Assembly: GCA_951406725.2 (NCBI GenBank)
Contig: OX597832.1
Span: 34,162,001 to 34,226,000 of the forward strand
Reading direction: 5' to 3'
DNA: 64,000 nt
Source: Octopus vulgaris
Lineage: Eukaryota
A program made the translations under genes and the position numbers. Shown one piece after another: positions 1 through 13,330 of this stretch. Every line of letters begins with the position of its first letter. The first letter of the stretch is position 1. The notes under the pieces were generated by a model. It had not been told where the DNA came from, made no database searches, and saw only the letters and a program-made list of their open reading frames with translations.

Positions 1-53
1 GACGAAAAAAGAGACTGCCGTATGCTGTTGGACGATTGTTGCTGCGCCTCCAT
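1..53 (-). CDS. Probable first coding segment of an unidentified host gene (MEAQQQSSNSIRQSLFS..., continues off the left edge)
   Basis: Minus-strand ATG at 53-51 in strong Kozak context (agcaacATGG), open to the window edge, about 105 nt downstream of TATAAAA. Too short to identify. Confidence 0.55.
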   Translation of the reverse strand, partial: MEAQQQSSNSIRQSLFS

Positions 54-129
54 GTTGCTGCTGTTGTGCCGTCGCTGGAACTGACTGTGCTCTGTGGTCT
101 GGCTAGACCTCAAAAGGCCTGGAAACGAA

Positions 130-285
130 AGACATCGAGATGCTGTGAAGCTAGCGTTTTATACTGTGCTATCAGCTCACCGGAAGTTTGGAAGAGACTA
201 TCTTACGTGACCTTATCAGAAGGCTGCGATTGGATGGGTTGGATATTGGCACGCAATAGAGCAAGGGACAAATTGCGCCAATCAG
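130..285 (-). promoter_or_regulatory. Pol II core and proximal promoter
   Basis: TATAAAA (minus, 163-157); ETS consensus ACCGGAAGT 179-187; TTACGTGAC 203-211 (bZIP/HRE-like TACGTG); CCAAT boxes at 229-233(-), 245-249(-) and 278-282(+); locally GC- and CpG-richer than the rest of the window. Confidence 0.65.
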
Positions 286-607
286 AGTAGTGGACACAAC
301 AGGGTCCAAAAGGGCAGCCGAAGGCAAGCTGGTATCTTCTACGTCCGTGTTTATGTATATATAACAGAGAGGGAGGAATTTCCCTCAGCCTATGCTACAT
401 GTCCAACGCGATCAATATTACCGTTAATCCTTTCGGCATATTTTATTCTGGTATCGGTCTAAATAGAAATGTCTTCTACTTTGTTATTATACTGAGCACT
501 CTGATAAAATGATTTATACAAAAATATATTTACGAGATATTTCCAAAGAATTTTATGGATGTATACACATGCGCGATCACACACACACATATACTTTCAT
601 ACACATG

Positions 608-653
<46 letters not shown>

Positions 654-1564
654 TAGACTCTGAAAGACAAAAACATACATACAGAGAAGAATAGATTTAA
701 AAAAACTGATAGATATATGGAGGGATATATAGATTATCACAGAGATGGAAATACAAAGATAATCATAGATACTGGGTGAGAGACATATATGTATACACAG
801 ACCGACACATATATAGATAGATAAATTGATAGAAAGATATTGATAGATAGGCAGACTGATAGAAAAAGAGAAAATATATATATGTATGATACAAACACAC
901 ACACACGCTCTTTCTGTCTCTCTCACTCCCTCTCTCTGACTCTCTCTCTCCCTCTCTCTTCATATATATATATATATGTATATACACACACACGCGCGCG
1001 CGCACACACACACACACACACGCATGTATGTATGTAGAGAGAGACAGAGAGAAGAAGATGGAGAAGAGAAATCTTTATAACACAAAACACACAGTAAAAA
1101 AACATAACAAAAACCCTTTAATAAATATGAGAGAAACAAAGGAACACGAAACGGAAGGTTTATTTTAAAACAGCAGCATGTATTCGTTCAATTATTAATC
1201 TGCCATAAATAACTGCTGTGCTATCAAGCCGGAGTGTTATAAACTGGATTTGCAATACGTAAACAACCCAAAATGGATCCTGTTGCAGAAAATATGCGCC
1301 ATGTTGCCCATGAATTTGTTTGGCGGAAACGAAGGATGTATAACTGTATGTGTGTGTACTTTTCTTATTTGTATGTATTCGTGTAACAACGTGTAAGTGT
1401 ACGCGTGGTGGTGGGGGGAGACTGTATGTGTGTGTGAGATGTGTGATGTCTGTGTGTGTTTATGCATGTATGTTAATGTACGTGCCTTCTTGGTTGCATA
1501 CTTAACTTGCTTTCATCTTCCGATCAGGTTATGTGTGTTTGTTTATTGATGTCTTTTAATGTGG

Positions 1565-1597
<33 letters not shown>

Positions 1598-2722
1598 TAT
1601 ATATATACACTAATACATGCATATATATGCACACAAACACAATCATATATATACACACACACATACATTTATATAATATATATTTACATATATATGTGTG
1701 TGTGTGTGTGTGTGTTAATTTGTCCGTGTTTGTAGTTGTACGCTTACCGATCTGTCTATATACATATCTATCTTTAGATTATTTCTTGCTTATAGTCTAT
1801 TCCACTACGTGTACCTATAAAACGCATTACATTAGCACATACACACACACACACACACAGAATTCAAGCGTGCGAAGCAGGGTGGGTCAAAATAATGCTG
1901 TCTACGTACATTTTTAGCATATCTCAGCATAGTAGAACGTGAAAAGCATTCACTGTGACTATTTTTCTTTTTTTTTTTTTTTGCCCTAGGAGAATGAATT
2001 TGCCCCTGGAACCATACTTTTACCCATCACTATTTTGATCTTCGTTCCTTTATATGGTTATTCTGAATTATTTGTAGTTTAGAAAGAGGTTTCAGCCCAT
2101 TCCAGCGAATATTTTGCTGTTTTATAAGAACAAAATTCTCTCTTACTACGTCGATACCAATCGCCAATGGTCCACCCTAGCTTCTATTCTTTTACTTCAT
2201 ACGCTACGTAAACCTTTCTTGTTCTTGTTTCCAACGTAGGATTAGTACCCAAACCACCTTTATGCCACACATTAACATATTGACGAAGAACACATCGGAT
2301 AATATATTCCGGGCTAATCTATTCCCGAATCTAAGATGGAGTGGCAATGTCTTAGAAGCCTATAATCCTCTGTTTGATATGATTTAACCTGATGCATCGA
2401 CAATAGCAACAGCAATAACTTCGTGTCCACACAACGACAAATCCCGCCAATGACATCACTGTTACACGCTCTCATTATTCAGCTCACACAGTCCCGTATT
2501 TACAATAATCCAATACCAACCACTGATAAAACTACGCTGACAAGCTAGAAGTAGCAGCCGCAACATATTCACATCGTCAGTAAAAAGACAAACAGAATTA
2601 TGAATGATGTCATTCCACAATTTGTCTGCAAAACGTGAACTGGTTAATCATGGCTGGAATGCGTTGCGTAAGCATTATTATATAGGACGGCGTACTTGTG
2701 TATATAAACCTGTATGCATGCA

Positions 2723-2777
<55 letters not shown>

Positions 2778-4101
2778 TAAAATAACAACTATTCAATTCT
2801 ACTAAATAACTATAATGAGATCCTAGGTACGTGCAACCGCCGCTTTATCCATACCTACGAATTTTACCTCAAATCTAAATGCAACTTAAATAACCACACA
2901 GCACATATCACGTGATCCCCAACAACCCCGTTTCACTTTCCATTAATTTTTTAATTCTCTAATCTTAGTTTTAATTGTTTAATACTACGTGCATGGACAT
3001 ACATATGCGTACGCATGCGGATATATGGGCGTATGTATATTGAAGTATGTGTGCATGTGTGTGCGTGTATGTGTGCATGTATGAATGTATATTTCCTCAC
3101 ATGTGTGCGTATATGCATGTATTATGCATGTATTTAAGGGTATGCGCGTGTGTGCATATATATGTGTGTATGTATTTGTATATGTGTGTGTATGCATGCA
3201 TGCGTATATTGTATACGTACATACGTGTATATATATATGCATGCATGCGTACGGGTTTAAACACTCAAGTACGCAGGCCTATTTAATAATGCATACACAC
3301 ATATATGTACATACGTGCGCGCGTGCGTGCGTATATGGGTATAGACTTTATTTCTTTCCCTCTGATTCCTCTACCCACTCTGTCACATTAACCAGTAGAA
3401 TAAACACATAAGTCTATTAATAGAAACTTGACCATTCTTAGTATTCTTCCATTCCGTTTCGTAGTTTACTATTCACTTTAGAACAACCCCCTCTTATACC
3501 TTTTTCTGTACCCATTCTTTAGTGCCATTTTAACATATCACCCCGCCTCACACATATTCATTACTTTTAATATTTTTAATACTTCCTACCCCTCCTCTCC
3601 TATCACCCTCATAATATCTTAACCACCAACTCTCTTTTTTGCACATTTTTTTCATTTTCTCACACATCTTTCATTTTCTTTTTCTCTTTCTTTCCTTCTT
3701 CTTTTCTCACCTTTTCCTTTTACCTCTCTCATCATTTTAGCATACGCATCTCTTCTTCCCTCTGTATTCACTAAATAATACCACTACATTCTCAAAGTTT
3801 CATTCACACCACAAGACCCCTTTGAATGAACAGCTCATGGAATCTACGTCTCCACACTTTCCATTTGTGACGACAAAATATGAACTCCTATTGGAATTTA
3901 TATACCACGGACAGGAAGCAGTTCTACCACTTCTACACACCATATTCCTTGGATAATGGAACTGCAACTATAACATCTTTATATATTTTTATTTCTACAT
4001 TCATTCTTCCATTTCCTTATATACTCCTTATTTGTCTCCTTTTCCAAAATAACTCCTTATATTGAACTCTACTATTTCCCTCTTTTTAACCATCTCACAT
4101 C

Positions 4102-4149
4102 GTCTCTGATGAAGGGATACCACTAATATCCCAGAAACAGCTGTAAGAC
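4102..4149 (+). ncRNA. Minimal type I hammerhead ribozyme motif (PLE/retrozyme type)
   Basis: Stem I GTCT/AGAC; core CTGATGA 4106-4112; stem II GGGATA/TATCCC (A.A at its base); GAAA 4134-4137; stem III C-AGCT-G with a palindromic loop; GTA cleavage triplet 4143-4145. Confidence 0.75.
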
Positions 4150-4722
4150 TAACTTCCCCTTTATAAATGTCCTAAAAATTCCACACCGCCTTGCCTTAGT
4201 TGACTCATTTTATTTAACACACATATAAATAGATACATACATAGACAGGCAGACGGACAGACATGTCTCGCAAAGTTAAGTAATTCGGCATAGACATGTC
4301 TATATGCATCCTGTTTGTGCGCATTCTTGCATATAAATGCATATATATGAATTAATTGCATGCAAATATGAATATATGTGCATGCGTATATATAGGGCGA
4401 CCCAAGAGTCACGAAGGTGTTTTCTCAATATTTAATAAGTTATTAATCTTTTGTTTTAAATTTACAATGCCTCAGTATCAGATACAAAAATACACACACA
4501 CTCACAAAAAAAACACGCGTGTGAGCACACACACACACACATGCACACATGCATATATATATTGTTACGAACCTGCCGTCGCTCAACTCGAACCCAGGAC
4601 CCTACTAAGTCGAGCAACGACGATGACCAATATAAATAAAACACCTTTACGTTCGCATACGAGAAACGTTTGTGAATATGCATATAAAAGCTCTTATTTT
4701 ATTATGTTGCCGGAAGCCGGAA

Positions 4723-4767
4723 GTAATAATGATAATAATAATAATGTTGATAATAATAATAATAATG

Positions 4768-4802
<35 letters not shown>
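4723..4802. repeat. (AAT)n microsatellite
   Basis: Direct reading. Confidence 0.95.
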
Positions 4803-4803
<1 letters not shown>

Positions 4804-4809
4804 GTAACA

Positions 4810-5117
4810 GAAGCACTGAGGACTAATTGGATAAAAACCAAGTAGATTCCCAATGTAGGTTATGTAAGTCAAAGGAGGAATGTGTTACTCATATAATAAG
4901 TGAATATAGCATACTATCTCAGAAAGAATACAAGGAAAGACACACGACAACCTGAGGAGAATAATCCAGTGGGATCCCTGTAGAAAGCCAGGATTTGAAC
5001 CTACTGATAAACGGTGTGAACATAAACCTAGTAAAGTGCTAGAAAGTAAGACATATAAGGTGTTGTGCGACTTTAAGATTCAGACTGACAGAGTACTAGA
5101 AGCTTGAAGGCCTGATT
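4810..5117 (+). mobile_element. R4/Dong-clade non-LTR retrotransposon fragment (CCHC knuckle and start of the RLE endonuclease), decayed
   Basis: Translation across frameshifts: EALRTNWIK..CRLCKSKEECVTHIISE..LSQKEYKERH..IIQWD..EHKPSKVLE..YKVLCDFKIQTDRVLEA*RPD, matching the R4/Dong C-terminal pattern. Confidence 0.8.
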
Positions 5118-5133
5118 CAGCAGCAGCAGCAAC

Positions 5134-5167
<34 letters not shown>

Positions 5168-5630
5168 TCGTCATTATCGTCGTAATCGGCTGTCTTCACA
5201 CTCATCATCTGCATCATCAACATCCGCCGCTTTCCCTGTCCTTACTACCGATACTATGATCGTCATCACCCCGCCTCCATTCTCATATACAATTACATAT
5301 ATGTACCTTAGAACTATTTAAGACTGATTATTCATTTAAAATCGGTTTTTTTTTTTCATAAAATCGATTACACAACCAAAGTACCTAAAGAGACCCTATG
5401 TACATTTATCGATTGGTGGCCTTCTCCCTCTTCAAACATTTTGGATATCATCATTTAGAGAACATCATATATCACAGCGTTTTATATTCGACAAATTCAT
5501 TTACAAATTGACTACAGTTATGTTGTGCACGCGAGCAGCGCATGAGAAAAAAAACCAACGCACATCCAAACTCATATATAAACAAGAAAACATGTTTATA
5601 AGAATATATATGCACACACACACACACACG

Positions 5631-5668
<38 letters not shown>

Positions 5669-5933
5669 CATATATATATGCATATATACTAGATATAGTT
5701 TTTTCTCACTATTGCCTTAAATATATAGAGAGAAAGAGAGAGGAAAAGGAGGAGAGAATGTACAGTATATATGTATACGTGCATATGTATATATATATAT
5801 GTATATATATACATCTATATACATATGTATATACATATATATATATATAAACATATATATATACATATATATATACATATATACATATATTTATATACAT
5901 ATATATACATATATATATATACATATATATACA

Positions 5934-6152
5934 TGGCCTAGTGGTTAGGGCAGCGGACTCGCGGTCGCAGGATCGCGGTTTCGATTCTCAGACCGGGCGT
6001 TGTGTGTGTTTATTGAGCGAAAACACCTAAAAGCTCTACGAGGCTCCGGCAGGGGGTGGTGATCCTTGCTGTACTCTTTCACCACAATGGCGGTGCCCCA
6101 GCATGGCCACAGCTCAAGAGCTGAAACTGGAAAAACAAAAACAAAAAAAAAA
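5934..6152 (+). mobile_element. tRNA-derived SINE with LINE-like 3' tail
   Basis: A box GGCCTAGTGGTTAGG, B box GGTTTCGATTC; tail GGTGCCCCAGCATGGCC..GAAAC followed by an A-rich end; embedded in (TA)n. Confidence 0.75.
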
Positions 6153-6301
6153 AATATATTTATATTCATATATATACATATATATATACATATATATATA
6201 CAAATATTTATATATATATATATACATATATTTATATACATATATATACATATATATATATACATACATATACATATATATACATATATGTATATATATA
6301 C

Positions 6302-6364
<63 letters not shown>

Positions 6365-6375
6365 CATATACATAC

Positions 6376-6410
<35 letters not shown>

Positions 6411-6418
6411 CATATGTG

Positions 6419-6463
<45 letters not shown>

Positions 6464-6945
6464 GCCTCTATAATTTATTACTTAATCAATAGCAGATACC
6501 TTTACTTATATTCAACAATAAAATGTTATACTTTATTTTATTTTGTTTTACTTTATCCTTAAATGGCTGACCTTCAATTAATCACTCCTAAACGTGTTTT
6601 TTTCTCTTCTTTTATTTTATGTCAATAACTTCTTTCTGAAATCCTAATTTATTGCCCAACTCATTGTTAAATATTTCTTTCTTTCTTATCGAAATTCTAA
6701 ATTATTCAAGCTATTTCTACAGACATTAATAAATCTGAAGATAATTTTTAAGAAATGACTAATATATGAACACGTATATTAGATAACATCCCTATTAACA
6801 TCGATTGATCTGGCTGAAACAGTAGCTAAATTTCATTTATATCTCACTTTAACGCCTTAAAAAGGGTGAAAATATGAGGCAATATTGGATATTATAGTTG
6901 TACACATTTGTACGATTTAAACAAGAAAAATGATGATAATGATGA

Positions 6946-6978
<33 letters not shown>

Positions 6979-6983
<5 letters not shown>

Positions 6984-7570
6984 CACGGGGCAGCAGATAC
7001 CCTTTTTGCCTCTACTAAGATCATCTAATTGATTATGGCTGAATTCAACGGCGTGACCGTGGCTGTGTATGTCCACGAGACCACTGGTGTGTGCGTGTGT
7101 GTGTGTGCATGTCAGTCTATTTATGTGTTTGTGTCAACACGTGAATATTTATCTTTCTTTATCTTATCTTCTTTTTACTCATCTGTTGTCATTTTTTTAA
7201 TATTTTGTTACTTACTGTTATGTATTTTCTACGAACACACTAACCAGACATATTAACCGGTTATAGCTCAGAAATTGTATCCATCTCCTGACAGTATAGC
7301 CAGCCACCTAATGGCAACAACAACGTGCCATATGATTGAGCGTATTGTTCGAGATATCTTCTTTGAAACAAGATAACTGGCCAGATGCTTTTGCACCGAA
7401 GGATGCATCACAACCAGTTGTACTCTATCCCAACCGCAAGGGACCGAAGCAAGACAGGTCGAAACGATCGTTGTGATGAATAAAGATTCTCGTGAACCCC
7501 ATTTTCCGTTTCCATCATCCATTATAAGCTCAACGAACACTGCGGAATTACTGAGAGAGATCCAATGACA
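6979..7570 (+). mobile_element. Candidate solo LTR
   Basis: About 592 bp of mostly unique sequence bounded by TGT...ACA, with TATA on both sides (possible 4-bp TSD) and AATAAA near 7479. Confidence 0.4.
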
Positions 7571-7635
7571 TATATCAAAACTGTGAATGACATGAGTCTG
7601 CTTTACTCAGCGTAATACTGATTGTACACGCACAC

Positions 7636-7667
<32 letters not shown>

Positions 7668-7714
7668 AAACTGTACACCCACATTCCAAATAATTATATA
7701 TATATATATTCAAA

Positions 7715-7985
7715 AACCGTAACAGATGATTATAAAAACATGCAGACAGATAGACGATACAAAGACGGGCAGGAAAAGTCAAGACGGATCATTCGTGGCC
7801 CTCTATTCCTCAGTCAAGCTTCCAATTATCAATACAGTTTCCGCCTGTTATACTTGAGACCGTTCAAAGTTTGTAGGCCCCAAAAATCTAATTTTTGGAA
7901 GAAGGCAAGCGGGTGTGTACGACAACGCAGACCAAGAAAACCGAGAAAACGGAGAAAACGTTACACGATTACAATAAAACATTGC
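7715..7985 (-). mobile_element. Unclassified dispersed repeat (related copies at 20025-20145 minus and 45050-45310 plus)
   Basis: Shared blocks GACTGAGGA/GACTGAAGA...GAATGA/GTCCCGTC...TTTGTATCGTCT.TCT in all three copies. Confidence 0.55.
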
Positions 7986-8504
7986 AGTAAATATATTTTT
8001 GTGAACGATATATTTAATTTATATAACTATAAAAACATTATAAACTCCAGAAATAAGTTTTACTCTGGTTTCCTATTATCATTTGCAAATTGAAAAGTCG
8101 AAGCAAATATAATTTTTGTAAAGAAATATGGGGGAGATCTATTTTGTTAGAGACTGCCAAAGAAAATTATGATACAACAGAAGAGGTTGTGGTGTTAAAG
8201 TGAAATGGCGGATGTTTGCAGAGTCAAATGTTTTTAATGGTGGTGGAGAAGAGTTCGTTATCAAATAACTGAAATGTCAGCAAATTAGAATTCAATTGAA
8301 AGTTTACTGACCTGGCGAATTAATCGATTAAAAATGTACGTGCGTTTATGAGTGTATGTGTGTCTATGTGTGTGTGTATTAGTATTATTATTATTATAAT
8401 TATTATTATTATTATGGCTGTGGTTGTTGTTGTTGTGGTGGTGGTGGTGGCAGTGGCGGTGATGTTGCTGTTGGTGGTACTTTCGTTGTTTTCCTCGCAT
8501 ACGT

Positions 8505-8645
8505 GTTTTTCTGTCACTGCACTGCAGCCATGTTGGGGCACCGCCTGACTGGGTTCACCCGAACGAACGGACACCAGAACGTTTTCTTTTAAGCTTAGTA
8601 CTTTTGCTGGAGCACTAGATTACCGGGACGTAAACAAACCACCAC
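8505..8645 (-). mobile_element. 3' fragment of SINE family 1
   Basis: GGCGGTGCCCCAACATGGCTGCAGT tail plus AAGTACTAAGCTT and GTTTACGTCCC blocks shared with 26470-26818. Confidence 0.6.
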
Positions 8646-9727
8646 TATATATATATTGATAAAACTGGTAAGACAACAAAAGAATGAAAGAGACCTCGGT
8701 GGGTTAACAATGCAACGATCGTGACAACTATTCAATCAGGCCACATGGGACGCCAGATACTCATCGCCATTTTGGATGAGAATACATCTATACACACATG
8801 CACTCATTCACGTACACATATACACACAGTTACACTCACATATGCACACACACACTTAATCACACACATGCACATACGTACACAACGTGTGTAGTATATT
8901 GACAGACACTCAAACAGACAGACAGACAGACAGATAGGTAGACAGATAGTTAGACAGCTAGACAGATGCAATTCTATAGTGATATACTTCCATACATACG
9001 GCAGCATTAGACAGTGTTCGTCTATGAGATTCACTGGTCAGAAATTGGTTGGCCCAGGGTTATATCGAAGATATTTGCCTAAGGTCACGTGCACTGGGAG
9101 TGGACTTGAAACCACGTGGCTGCAAAGTTAAGTTCTTTATCACAAAGCTAAGCTTGTCTGAAAACCGAATCCGAAATGATATGGTTGCATCATGTCCTCC
9201 AGTGCAGACTACGGCTGGAAAATAAAGTCGGAATGGTCATGATTGGAGCGCTTTTATCTGCACGTTATGGGCAAAGTTGTCATTAAACAACACAAACGAT
9301 AGAAAATCTGCAATAACGGCAGTGTGTGCGTGTGTGTCTCTGAGTGTGTGTACGTCTATGTGGGTATATGTAAGTGTGTGTATGTATGTTTATGCGTGTA
9401 TGTATATGTGTACGTGAGAGGGTGTGTGCGTAGGAGGGGCTCGCCTTCCGAAAGACATTTGTTATCGGGTTTCTATACCTGTGAAAAGAAGCCTTGCTAT
9501 AAATGATGTCTCGTTAATACCGGATGTAATAAAGGGAGATAATGCATTCGAAAACAGAGAAAACAAACATTTCATTCAGGAGAATGGAACGGTTGGCAGA
9601 AACACTGAAATGTCATGAAATGAAACCCGAAGGATTCTTGTCATAAAACCTTCAACGATTAAACAATTTTAAGACGAAAACCTCAGCAGACATTCTGACA
9701 CTCCACCATACAAAGCGTATCTTCCGC

Positions 9728-9804
<77 letters not shown>

Positions 9805-10011
9805 ACCTTTATCTTTTTCACTTTTTCTCTCTCTTCTCTCTGATCATTTCTCTCTCTCTCTCTCTTTACTGCTCGTATTTTTCTCTTTCACTTCTTGTTT
9901 CTATACATATTCAGGTGTATGCATATTATATATATGTATATATATATATAAATATATATGTATATGCATGCATGCATAGAGAGAGACAGGAAGGAGAGAG
10001 GTAAGAATACT

Positions 10012-10062
<51 letters not shown>

Positions 10063-10171
10063 GTATTTAATTTAATGCATATAAATATATTCATATGTAT
10101 AGAGATATATACTCACACACACATTCATGAACATATATATATACATATATCTATATACACATATACATAAA

Positions 10172-10207
<36 letters not shown>

Positions 10208-10273
10208 CATAAAGGTATATATATACATACATACATAAATGTGTATATATATATACATACACACACATGAATT

Positions 10274-10326
<53 letters not shown>

Positions 10327-10864
10327 GATGGCTTTCATGTCACGCCGGAATGATTGGATACGAATCGACTCCATATTGTCATATCGATGTCGGAAGACTG
10401 ATACTTCTCAAACCTAAAAGAAGCAGGTTTTCTCGCACGGTAGCAAACAAACATAAAATAAATTGCATGTTTGGACAAGTTCTTCGGGGATAAAATTCTG
10501 TCGTAAAACTGAAATGCTTTTAGCTGAACAGAGAAGAAAATGGTTTCCTTTTGCTTTGCATTTGATTCGTTCGGAAACCATTCATGGCGTTACGATTCGA
10601 CTTGTGGAGCATGTTAAAATATATATCACAAAATATAAGCACCGGCTGAGGGGTGGGGTGGGGGGTTATTTTGTTGTTGTTTTTTTGCCAGTGGTGATAG
10701 CAGGGTGGTGGTGACGGTGTTGATCGTGGTGGTGGTGTATAGCATTTTGTTTATTTTGGAGGAGAGGGAAGAGACAATGGCGGAACCAAAATTTACGAAA
10801 TGCGAATGACGGGGAGCTTTATGTTATGATGTCTATACACACACACGCGCACAAACACACACAT

Positions 10865-10957
<93 letters not shown>

Positions 10958-10961
<4 letters not shown>

Positions 10962-11285
10962 GCTCAGTGGTTAGAGTGTCGAGCTTACAACTGTGAGGTT
11001 ATTCGTTCGAATCCCGGACCGGGCTGCGTGTTGTGTTCTTGAGCAGGACATTTTATTTCACGTTGCTCCAGTTAACTCCCCTGTAGAAATGAGTTGCGAC
11101 GTCACAGGTGCCAAGCTGTATCGGCCCCTTTGCCTTTCCCTTGGAAGAAATCAGTGGTGTAAGAGGGGAGGCCGGTATGCATGGGCGACTGCTAATCTTC
11201 CACAAACAAACTTGCCTGGACTTGTGCCTCGGAGGGGAACTTTCTAGGTGCAATCCCATGGTCATTCGTGACCGAAGGGGGTCCC
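10958..11285 (+). mobile_element. tRNA-derived SINE (family 3 head)
   Basis: GTGGCTCAGTGGTTAGAG A box, GTTCGAATCCC B box; central TTGAGCAGGACATTTTATTTCACGTTGCTCCAGT block also found at 33090-33125 (minus). Confidence 0.8.
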
Positions 11286-11306
11286 CGCACGCACACACAC
11301 ACACAG

Positions 11307-11365
<59 letters not shown>

Positions 11366-11739
11366 ATGTACGTAGCAATAGATACATACATGGATTCATA
11401 GCTGAGTATATGTGCAGAAAGCAAAACATATTCATCTCAACGTAGATATTTGTAAATATATTGTTGCATATATTTATAAACACACTTTTCCAACATCTTT
11501 ATATATATATATATCTTTATCGTGAGTTTATGGTGTTTTTTTTTTTCTTGGAGCATTGGCTCTGATTTTAGGAAATGGTATTAAATACCCTATTAAATCT
11601 AAATTTACCTCACCTACTCATATATGTATATAAGTAATATTCGTTGCCACTTCAACATGGCTGTCCGTTCGAATGGACTCTACTACAAATCTTTAACCCC
11701 AAGAGAACATCTCCTCTAGCTGGTTAACATTGTATATAA

Positions 11740-11774
<35 letters not shown>

Positions 11775-11928
11775 AACATTTAGATGTATATGTGTATACA
11801 AATGTAAACATATATCCATTTAAGCAAATATATATGAAGATATATATATATATATAAACATATATATTTATATGCACACACACACATAAACACACACACA
11901 ACACAAACACATACATACATATATACAT

Positions 11929-12000
<72 letters not shown>

Positions 12001-12280
12001 GGAGGGAGAGACTAAGAGAGTTAAACTAAAGAGCTCATTACACAAATTCCCTTACGATAATTCATATCAGCTGATTGTTGTTCGTAAGTTCTTATAATAA
12101 ACAGTGTGTTTTACGGTGGCTCTTATCATTATTAATCTTCTTCCACCTAATATCGTTGCTGTTCCCATAAATGTTGTATCATCGTTTTTATTATTACATC
12201 TGTGTTGCTGTTCAGCAGCCTGCTATTGTCGTGATTGCCGTTAGATTAAAATAACATACTACTACTACTACTACTACTAC

Positions 12281-12313
<33 letters not shown>

Positions 12314-12586
12314 GAATGCTGACAATATTCAGTTGAGGATAAAAGTAGCTTATATAGAGAGATTTATACTGAAGTATGTACATTTAAATTTATGTATATA
12401 CGCTTATATATGTATATACACACACGCATATATACACATATATATATATACATATATATATATATATGTATATATATATATGTTTGTGTGTGTGTGTATA
12501 TATATATATGTTTATATATATGTTTATATATATATGTGTATATATATATATATGTTGATATATATATGTATATATATGTTTTTATA

Positions 12587-12634
<48 letters not shown>

Positions 12635-12724
12635 AATATGCGTATGAATGTGTTCGCTTATACACACATGTACACATACACACATATATACACAGACATA
12701 TATACATACAGACAGACACTCAGG

Positions 12725-13330
12725 CAGTCATACATGCACAGGCTCGAAAGAAATGAAGCTAGCATGCTACGCTGGATGTGCATGTACGACAGTGCAAGCG
12801 TCGTGAGAGGAAAGTGTGCAAGAGAGACGATTGCGCTGATACGGTCATGTGATGCGTAGGGGCAAGAACAGCTGTATAAAAAATTGCCGTGTGGAGGGAA
12901 CTTGTGGAAGAGGTAGACATGAGACGAGATGGCGAAGCATGATCTTGGAACCTTGGGACACATGGAAGCAATAACAACTGACGGAGACCTTTGGAATTAT
13001 TTCGTACTTGAGAGGATCCATCAATGGATATGAAACCGAAGTCGTGGCCGATGCCGGTGTCAGGCACCAGGCACCCGTGCCGGTGGCACGTAAAAAGCAC
13101 CCTTGGAATGTTGAACTTCACTGAGGTGATAAGTAAATGAGACCTTTGGCGATACGTCTTGCTTAAGAAAACACGTCCAGCCAAGTGAAAACGCAGTTAC
13201 GACCGATGCCGATGTAACGTAAATTGCACTCGCGCCGGTGACACGTAAAGGCACCCATTACACTCATGGAGTATTTGGCGTTAGGAAGGGGATTCACCCG
13301 TAGAAAGCATGCCAATCGAGATTGGAAGCT
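12725..13330 (+). mobile_element. RTE-clade LINE 3' fragments (two tandem 3' ends)
   Basis: [16 protein letters not shown]...VQERRLR*YGHVMRR...VEGTCGRGR. The 3' block GACCTTTGG...CCGATGCCG...GCCGGTG.CACGTAAA.GCACC occurs twice (about 12985-13102 and 13140-13257). Confidence 0.8.

Noticed and set aside
36-290. 84-aa plus-strand ORF
   Set aside because: TTG start, no recognisable domain, and it overlaps the better-supported minus-strand promoter and start codon.
4563-4809. TGTTAC...GTAACA as LTR or MITE termini
   Set aside because: No TSD; the right end lies at a microsatellite/LINE junction and is probably coincidental.
5934-6000. tRNA genes here and at 10958 and 33120-33195
   Set aside because: A and B boxes are present, but there is no complete cloverleaf and the sequence continues into SINE bodies.
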